Shown in pieces: positions 53,828 to 62,700 of a stretch of 64,000 bases of DNA. The DNA lies in NCBI GenBank assembly GCA_040390065.1, contig JAZJZE010000011.1, positions 96,001-160,000 on the forward strand. The letters are read 5' to 3'. The position numbers and the translations under genes are program-made. Positions within the stretch are counted from its first letter, which is position 1, and each line of letters opens with the position of its first letter. This stretch comes from a bacterium. Its GTDB lineage: Archaea > Thermoplasmatota > E2 > JACPAO01 > JAHFTW01. A model generated the notes under the pieces. The model saw only the letters and a program-made list of their open reading frames with translations, did no database searches and was not told the origin of the DNA.

Positions 53828-54891
53828 TGCGGGTGACGCTGGGATTCCTGGCGATCCTGCTTCTGCTGGCTCCGCCGGCGGCAGGCGTCGATGTCGGCGG
53901 CACCGTGGCAAACGTGCCCCCTGTTCTCGCAATCGTCAGCGTCGAACGGGGCCCCGCCCTGTCGTCGTCCACCATCAGCGGAAACGTCACGGACCACAAC
54001 GGCGAGGCCGACATCGTCGCACTGTCGTTCGGCCCGGATGGCGGCTCCGCCACAACGCAGCCACTCAACGCCAGCGCCCTGCCCGCCGTCGAGCCAGGGA
54101 ACTTTACCGCAGGCTGGAAGGTCTGGGACGCGCAGCCCGGCGATGGGGTCATCGCCTTCCGCCACACGACGCCGTTGCCGCCGGCGGGGTACGCCCAGCG
54201 CTTCAACCTCACGGCCAGCGACGCGGCAGGCCCGGGCGGGTCGGCCAACGTGACGCTCACGGGTCCGACTCGAGGTGTCCGCGGTTGGGGCCCAGGGCCC
54301 CCGGCACCGCCGGCCCAAGCACCAGCGGAGCCCCCGGCCGCCCCACCTGGACCGGCGGAGCCCGCCGAACCGGCGACCCCGAACCACGACGCGGCCAGGC
54401 CCAGTGCAAAGGACGTGCGCCCCGTTGGGCCGACGACTCCGGAGCAACGCGCGGTCCTGGCCAGCCACCAGAACGACATCTCGTGGAGCTTGGCCGTCGC
54501 CCCCGCCGACGACGGCGCCATCACAATCCGGTGGATGCCGCTCGATGGAGTGGGGGGCTTCCAGATCTGGCGCAGCAACAGCCCCTACATCCTTCTCGCC
54601 GATGTCGACGCCAACACGACGGGCTTCATCGACCACCCGCCCTCGTCGCACGCCGTCTACAAGGTCACTTACTTCGTCAACCGCACCTTGGCTGGCGGCT
54701 GGGCCGCGGGTCCCGTCGACGTGCAGAACCAGGCGTGGTGGGACGCATCGATGGCCGCCCCTGCCTCCCCTCCGGTCGCGCCGCCGGCGACGTCGCGCAG
54801 GACGTTCGTTCCGGTAGGCGACGTCGCACTGCTCGGCATCAGCATGGCCAGCCTCGCGGCCGCTGCCCGCCGGCCGTTGCGTCCTACATGA
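53827..54891 (+). CDS. Secreted, membrane-anchored protein with shared N-domain, Pro linker and FN3-like domain
   Basis: Signal peptide; ITIRW....GGFQIWRS...F.D......YKVT; C-terminal hydrophobic segment + RR. Confidence 0.8.
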   Translation: MRVTLGFLAILLLLAPPAAGVDVGGTVANVPPVLAIVSVERGPALSSSTISGNVTDHNGEADIVALSFGPDGGSATTQPLNASALPAVEPGNFTAGWKVWDAQPGDGVIAFRHTTPLPPAGYAQRFNLTASDAAGPGGSANVTLTGPTRGVRGWGPGPPAPPAQAPAEPPAAPPGPAEPAEPATPNHDAARPSAKDVRPVGPTTPEQRAVLASHQNDISWSLAVAPADDGAITIRWMPLDGVGGFQIWRSNSPYILLADVDANTTGFIDHPPSSHAVYKVTYFVNRTLAGGWAAGPVDVQNQAWWDASMAAPASPPVAPPATSRRTFVPVGDVALLGISMASLAAAARRPLRPT

Positions 54892-56569
54892 GTGGCGTGC
54901 GGACCTTCGTCCTCTTGGCGACAACCTTCGCCGTCGCGTAACCGGCGTCCACGTGCCGCACGATCCCCATGCCCGGGTCCGCGCGGAAGACGCGCTTGCA
55001 TTTCTCGTCGGCAAGCTTGGAGCCATCGAGGACGACGACCATGCCGGCGTGCGTCGAGTAACCGATTCCGACGCCGCCGCCGTTGTGCAGGTGCACCGAA
55101 TCCGCCCCCGCCGCGACGTTCAGCATCGCGTTGAGGATGGGCCAGTCGGCGATGGCGTCGCTGCCGTCACGCATGCCTTCCGTCTCGCGGTAGGGGCTCG
55201 CCACGCTGCCGCAGTCGAGGTGGTCGCGAGTCACGGCGATGGGTCCGATGTCGCCCTTGCGCACGAGCGCGTTCATCGCCAGCGCGAACTTGTCGCGTTC
55301 CCCCATGCCGAGCCAGCACACGCGTGCCGCGAGTCCCTCCCAGGGCAGATGCTTCTCCGCCAGCGCGAGCCAGTTTGTGAGCGTGCGGTTGCGCGGGAAG
55401 AGCTTGCGCACGAGCGCCTCCGTCCTGCGGATGTCGGCCGGCTCGTTGCGCAGGCTGAGCCAACGGAACGGGCCGCGGCCCTCGCAGAACATCGGGCGGA
55501 TGTAGGCGGGCACGAAGCCGGGGAAGGAGAAGGCCACGTCGCGCGACAGGCCGCCGAGGCGGGCCCCTTCGCGGATGTTGTTGCCGTAGTCGAAGACGTG
55601 CGCTCCGAGTTTGGCAAAACCGATCATCGCGCCGACGTGCGTCGCCATCGAGCGCTGCGCATGGCGGGCATATTCGTGCGGGTCACGCTTGCGCAAGGCG
55701 GCGGCGGCTGCGAGGCTCACTCCCGCTGGCACGTAGCCGTTCAGGGGGTCGTGAGCGCTCGTCTGGTCCGTCACCAGATCGGGCCGGAACCCGCCTCCGA
55801 GAAGGCGCGGCAGGACGTCGGCACAATTCCCGATGAGGCCGATCGAGAGGGGCTGTCGTAGGGCGCGGGCCTTCTCGGCGAGGTCGCGCGCCAGGTCCAC
55901 GTCCTCGACGACCATGTCCAGGAAGCCGGCGTCCATGCGGCGAGCGGCCCGTGCTGGGTCGACCTCCACGGCAAGGCAGACGCCGCCGTTCATCGTGATG
56001 GCAAGCGGCTGGGCGCCCCCCATGCCGCCGAGGCCGCCCGTGAGGACGATGCGGCCCTTGAGGTCGGCGTCGAAATGCGTGCGCGCGGCCGCAGCGAACG
56101 TCTCGTAGGTGCCCTGGATGATGCCCTGGGTGCCGATGTAGCACCAGGAGCCCGCCGTCATCTGGCCGTACATCGTGAGGCCCGCCGCCTCCAGGCGGTT
56201 GAACTCCTCCCAGTTCGACCATTTGGGAACGAGATGGGAATTTGCGATGAGGACGCGCGGCGCCTGCGGCCACGTCGGAAAGACGGCCACCGGCTTGCCG
56301 GATTGGACAAGCAGCGTCTCGTCGTCGCCAAGCTTCGTCAAGGCCCGCTTGATCGCGGCCAGCGCCTTCGGGTTGCGGGCGGCTTTTCCGGTGCCGCCGT
56401 AGACGACAAGCCGCGCCGGGTCCTCCGCGTTGTGCAGGTTGTTCTCGAGCATGCGCAGGATGGCTTCCGTGCGCCAGGATTTGCAGCGCAACGGCGTGCG
56501 TGGCGTCGCGACCGGCGGCCTTGGGCTGGCCTTCTCGGTCTGTGCGCGACGGGTCTTGGAGGCGGCCAC
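54884..56569 (-). CDS. hutU: Urocanate hydratase
   Basis: RMLENNL...AE.P..LVVYGGTGKAARN, YGQMTAGSWCYIGTQGIIQGTYET, GLGGMGGAQP, TDQTSAHD, RDHLD. Confidence 0.98.
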   Translation of the reverse strand: MAASKTRRAQTEKASPRPPVATPRTPLRCKSWRTEAILRMLENNLHNAEDPARLVVYGGTGKAARNPKALAAIKRALTKLGDDETLLVQSGKPVAVFPTWPQAPRVLIANSHLVPKWSNWEEFNRLEAAGLTMYGQMTAGSWCYIGTQGIIQGTYETFAAAARTHFDADLKGRIVLTGGLGGMGGAQPLAITMNGGVCLAVEVDPARAARRMDAGFLDMVVEDVDLARDLAEKARALRQPLSIGLIGNCADVLPRLLGGGFRPDLVTDQTSAHDPLNGYVPAGVSLAAAAALRKRDPHEYARHAQRSMATHVGAMIGFAKLGAHVFDYGNNIREGARLGGLSRDVAFSFPGFVPAYIRPMFCEGRGPFRWLSLRNEPADIRRTEALVRKLFPRNRTLTNWLALAEKHLPWEGLAARVCWLGMGERDKFALAMNALVRKGDIGPIAVTRDHLDCGSVASPYRETEGMRDGSDAIADWPILNAMLNVAAGADSVHLHNGGGVGIGYSTHAGMVVVLDGSKLADEKCKRVFRADPGMGIVRHVDAGYATAKVVAKRTKVRTPLM

Positions 56570-56767
56570 GAGCGGCCCAGCCTGCGCTAGGAAAAAGCGG
56601 TTCCGGCTGAGCGTGCGACTGCCGCGACGCGGAAATGCACATGGACGTGCAGTCGGCGTCGCGTTTTATGGGACCTCGTGGCTATTGCGATGTGGCCTAT
56701 TGATACTTTCGCGCAAGGTTCCGCTTTAGCCAATGCCTCCATAAGGATTGCAGCCATTTCGACGGTG

Positions 56768-59700
56768 ATGGTCGACCGCAGGACATCCGCTCCGGTGCTC
56801 GTGACCCTTTTCCTGGCGGCCCTCATGGCTTCCACGTCGCTTGCGGCCCCCGTGTCCGCTGGCCCGCTGGACAACGCAAACCAGGCCGTGGACCAGACAC
56901 AGCAGGCCGTCGACGACGTCGTCGGGCAAAACCCGGCTGACGGCACGATCGATGGTGCGCAGGGCACGGTTTCGGGAATCGCCGACGACGTCGGGGGCAC
57001 GCTGGGCGGCCTCATCGATCCCGTCGTGCAAGGTCTGCCGCCGCGGCCTGACCCGCAGTTGTTCCCGCCCGTTCCACCGCCGGACTGCCCGCCCGTTGCC
57101 GGCATGGACATGTGCGACATGCCGCAGCCGCCGTCGCAGCAGCCGCCGACGGACCCCGGCACCTCGGACCAGATGCCTGGTCAGGGCGACGGCACCGATC
57201 CGTACGGCAAGCACACGGTCAGCGACACGGACGACGACGCCCATCACCGCGCCCGCTTCACCCTCGACCGCAACTGGGCGCTGACCGGCGCGTCGCTGTC
57301 GGCCCTGAGCCGCAGCGGCCCGGAGGACACATTGGTCTACGTCCAGTGGGCCTATGACGACTCCGTCATCGGCAACGGCCCCATCCCTGGCGTCGACATC
57401 CGCGACGTGGCAACACGGGCCGCCCGCGGCTTCGACGCGATCCGCTTCCGGCCCCTTGAGCCGGGCCTGCACCACGTGACCCTCACGGGGACGTGGGTCG
57501 AGGGAGGCCAGACCTTCCGCGACCGGGTGACCACGCCACTCTACGTCGAGGATCCCGCCATCGCCCAAGTCCACGCCGAGAACGCCACGGCAGCCTGGTC
57601 CCCGGACGCCAAAAGTCTGGTCGACGCCGCGTTGTCCGGCGACCCGGACGCCGTCGCCGCCGCAGCGACCGATGCAGTTGCCGCCATCGCTCGGCCGCTC
57701 GGCCCCAAGCCGACGATCCTCCTCCTCAGCGACTTTCTGGGCAAGGACGCAGACACCCTTGGCCTCATCGTCGGCCCGGACCCGAAGGACGTGACTGCGG
57801 CCCTTGCAGCCCTACCGCAAGTCGACGGCCTCGACCCGTCCGCTGGCTTCGGCGACATTGCCTACGACGGGGACGCGACCGGGCTCGGGGCGCCCGTCGA
57901 CCGCGTCGGCCTGACGCTGACCCACACGCTCGTCGACCAAGGCCTTGCCAACGTCGTCTTCGTCAGCGCCATCGACGCGCGCACGGGGGCCCTCGACCGG
58001 CGGACCGTGCAGAACGGCCTCCTGTTCGCGCAATATTCCGGCATCATCGACGCCGTGGTGTGGGGCCTGCCGTCGAGCGCCTACGAGCCGGCAGTCGTGC
58101 TCGACTCCATGCGCCCCGACTTCAACTTCGCGCAGACGCCGATGGCACCGTTGCCCGCGACCAGCCCGCTGCCTGCCGCGTCGCCCGACTGGCACACGGA
58201 ACAGTATGCGGCGCAAGGGGACGACGGCGTCAACTCCATCATGGACTCCCTCAACGACCAAGCGGCGCTCCTCGGGCTCACGCCCCAACCCGGCCAGTCC
58301 ACCGTTGCCGACCTCCTGTACGCCAACATGGACCGCGTCTACGCCCGGTACCGCATCCTCGTCGAGACCGTCCGCAACGACCTCAAGTTCGACGCCTTCC
58401 TGCAGCAGCGCGTCCTCGACCTCGGCGTACAAGGCGTCCCGTTCGTCGTGCCGTCCGAGGAATGCCCCGGCATGGAGGCAGACTCCATGACTCTCGTCGG
58501 TGTGACCCAGGTCGTGGGCGCCGTCACCGTCGCGGCAGGCACCGCCAAGGACGGCCCCGACGCAGTCTCGTGCAAGGGGCCCGACCGCCGCGCCGCGGCG
58601 CACGGCAACGGCATCGACTTCGTCACGGACCCGCGTCCGGCGCGTGTCGTCCCTGGGCTGGCAGCTGCAACTGCGACCGACGGCCTCGTCTACGTGCCGA
58701 ACTCGCTGGGCGCCGCATTGCAGACCGGCCTCGCCCTCGGCGGCATGCACAAGGCCCTCGTGACGGTGACGACGCCGTACGCTGCGCGCGACTTGGCCGG
58801 CATGCTCGCGACGGGTGCCAAGCAGAAACCGGGCGTGAGCACGTGGTGGCAGGGCGACGGCTTCGTCGACGCTTTGTCGCCGCCCACGGCCGAACCCGCC
58901 CTGTTCGCCCGCGGCACGGGCTTGGTGTTCAGTCCCTTCGATTTGCAAAACGGCCGCACCCGCGCCGTGGCGGAGATCGTCATCACGGGCCGGGAGAACG
59001 TGGCCGCTGCGATGGCGGCGCCGTCCGAACTGTGGACGGCGACGGGTCGCACCGAGTTCCGTTTCCTCGTCGACGAGATGGGAAACAAGGTCACACAGGA
59101 CCTCGCCACGACGGACTACGGGCACCTTGGCGTGACCGTGGAATCCGTGAGCGTCAACCAGATCGACGCAACTCATGCCGAGGCTCGGCTGGTGCTTTCA
59201 GGCTCGCCTTCCTTCCTGCAGGGCGGTGGCGGCGGGGGCGGGGGTGGCGGCAACGGCGTCCCCGATGCGCGTGAATACCTGATGCCCGGACTCTACTCGG
59301 GCCGGACGTGGATCAGCACGCCGACGGGCATCATCCAGTTGCCCATCAATATCGGCGTCGGCACCATCCTCGACGTGCACCGGTTCCTCGCGCCCAACAC
59401 TGCGGTCCCCGAGACAGCGGTCTGCCTCGAGCCGCCGTTCAAGATGATTGGTGACCTGACCGGCCTGCGCCACACGGCGCACGAACTCGAGGAACTGAAC
59501 ATCTGCATCTACTTCACGAACACCGACGAGCACGGTGTGGCGCGCTTCTACACGCCCCTGCCACTCCCGTACACGCTGACGTCGTGGTTCGACGGCATCT
59601 TCCGCGAACGCGGCGACGGCATCGGTGCGGTCTACCCCCACGTCAAGCGCACCATCATGGTCCCGTCGCCCCTCAACGTCTCGGCCGTCACGAACGGCCC

Positions 59701-62700
59701 GCCAGGCGTGCAACTCGACCCCGGCATCACGTCGGGTTCGCCGCCGACCGTCGCCGCCGACTTGCCCTACCCGCTTGCGTACATCCCCCTCAACGTCAGC
59801 ATCCCCGTCGCCATCGCCGTGCACTGGCGCTACCGTGACAACCAGGAGACCGACCACTTCCTGCCCGTCCCCGAAGTCGACATCCCGGAGTTCGTCTACC
59901 TCCTCACGGGCGGCATCATCCCGCACCCGCTCATCGCGCGCACGGACGATGCGCTTCGGCTGGCGCGCGACAACGGCGACGGCACGCTGCAGTACGCCGA
60001 CGAGCACATCGGGCCCATCCTCGACGGCGTGCAGGACAAGGTGAAAGCTCCACCCACGGGAATCGCGACGGTCGACCAACTGCTGGGACAGCCCATCTCG
60101 AAGGCTCTTCCGACCAGCCTCGCGCCGGACCCGAGCGCCTGCCAGTGGGGCTACGGCAACCAGCAGAACCCCGCGCTCACGGCAAAACTCGACGGGCCGA
60201 TGGCGGACCCGATGCACACGCTCATGGACGCCAAGGACGCCGTCGCCGAGGCGCAGGCCCACGCCGGCGGCGACCCCGCGTGGTTCCCCGACACGCTCGT
60301 GATGCGGGCGCGGCCCAGTCTCGACAGCCTCCTCGGCCTCGGGTCGCAGTTGCCGGTCTGCATGGCGACGTACCCGTTCAACATCCCGCAGCCGAACACT
60401 TACCCGACGTTCATCACGGACGAGTTCGACCTGCACCTCGAAGCCAGCATCCTCGTCGTCTGCGTCGAGACCGTCGCGGACGTCGAGTGCTTCGTCATCG
60501 TCCCAGGCCCCGACGGCATCGGCAACCAGATGATCTCCGTCCGGCCGGACATGCTGGTGTCGACCGCCGCCGACGCCGCGGCGGGTGCAGTCAATGGCGG
60601 ACCCGACCGGCTGGAGAAGGACATCATCGGAGCCATTGGTTCGGTGCAGGTCCCACAGTTCGACCCCGCCAACCCGATGGCCAACCTGCCAACGTCGGTG
60701 GTCGGCCTCCCGTCCGCGGTGGACCTCACAAGCGACGGCCGCGTCTCGGTCAAATTCGAGGTCAACGCGGGCGAAGGCGACCACGGCTACCTGCACTACA
60801 TCGCCATTCCTCTGCCCGTGCTGGCATCCGGCTACCTCGACCCGCTCGTCGCCGCGCTGCAGGCACAAGGCATCGACCCGCTGGCGCTCCTGAACAGCAC
60901 GCCCCCGGGCCCCGACGGGACGCCGCTTGCCGGAACGAACCCGGGCGCAATGTTGCGCAACTCGGTCGAGGACCTGATGCGCGTGCAGCCGTACGTCGAG
61001 ATCAGCCGCGCCGACATGTTCCTGAACGCTTGGTGGTGGACGGACTCGTTCTTCGACGCCCGCATCTTCCCGACGGTCCTGCTGCCGCGCTCGGCACCCA
61101 CGGACTGCCTGCGCGACTGGAGTGACACGATCGACGCCAATTTCGCCGACGTGCCGCACTGGCCCGCCGACCCAAGCGACCCGACCTGCCGGCGCGACGC
61201 GGCGGGCAACGTGATCGTGGTCTCCGGCTCCGCGGATACGCCCAACGGCCGCCCCGGCGACTTCCAGAACGGCGACATGAACCTCGGCGAGGACTTCTGG
61301 TGGCTCACCCACCCGAACGTCAACCTGCAACTCTTCGAGCGCGGCCGCAGCCTGTGGGACCCGTACACGTTGCAGCCCGACCCGGCCAAGATGGCGGCCG
61401 CGCACTATCCGTGGGCGCAAGCCGAGTTCTTCGAGAACGTCCTCGAGTTCTGGGACGACGAGAACGTGCGCGACGTGACGCCCAACGAGATGCACATCCA
61501 CAGCCCCGATCTGCACACCCACCACGCCGTCGAGTACACGAAGCACTGCACGAACGAATTGCGGCACGACACCCTCACCGGCCGGCTCCTCAACGACCCG
61601 GCGACGGGCCAGTACTGCTTCAAGGGACTCTTGGCGTACAACGAGGGCGACCACTGGCTCGAGAACACGAACACGGCGTCCGGCTCCGGCGTCTACGACC
61701 CGGACCTGGGCCTCGACCACCCGAACGCCATCACGTTCAACCTCATCGACACAATCGGTGGCGGCGTCTCCGACATCAACCAGCTCGTGTGGGCCACCAC
61801 GGTGCCGCCTCTCTTCGGCACCGAGTCGGTCGGTTCGGTGGTCGGCGGCGCAATCGGCATCGACCCGTCGGAACTGAAGTGGTGGAGCCGCGGCGAAGTC
61901 CCGACGGCCAACCGCCGCGTCTACTCGGACATGTACACGAACTCCTCGTTCATGCTGTCGGAGCACGACAAGTACTGCGAGGAGATCGCCGACTTCGAGA
62001 CGGACAACGCCTTCCTCGACTTGTTCCCGCGCTGGAAGATGACATGTCCCTGGCAGGCCTCCGACATCGCCAAGGCCGCCTTCGAGGCCGAATGGCTGGC
62101 CACCGGTGGCGCACCCCGCTTTGCCTATGGCTTCGTGCCAGACGACGCCGGGGCGCCGCGTGATGCAGCCGGGAAGCTCGTCGGTCACTGGGACTGGTTG
62201 GCGCGGACGCCGGAACTGGGCACCAAGGACCCGCACACCCAGGACAAGTACGCGCGCATGGCATCGGCCAACGCGTACCAGGACATCCTGAATCCCGTCT
62301 TCCTGAACGGCACGTACGAGCGCCGCGACGGCGTCTACTCGGATTGCATGGGCAACATGGACATGAGCGGCGAGATGCCCGGCATGGACATGGGCGGCAT
62401 GGACGGCATGAACGCAGATGGCTGGCCGTGCAACGCCATGAACCCCATGGATCAGGCGACCATGGACCTCGCCGAACTCGACGTCGACACCGGCAAGCCG
62501 TTTGCCGACCCAATCGACCCGACGCACCCGACGGTCACGAACCCGTTCCGCTTCGCCCTCAAGTTCTACGGCCTCGACATGATGAGCCAGGACGAGAACT
62601 TCGCCACCGTCCCGCTGCCGTCGAACCCGGACCACTGGTTCGGCACCGACCCGGACGCAACGGAATGGAACGGCTTCTTCCGCAACCTGCGGCTGCGCCA

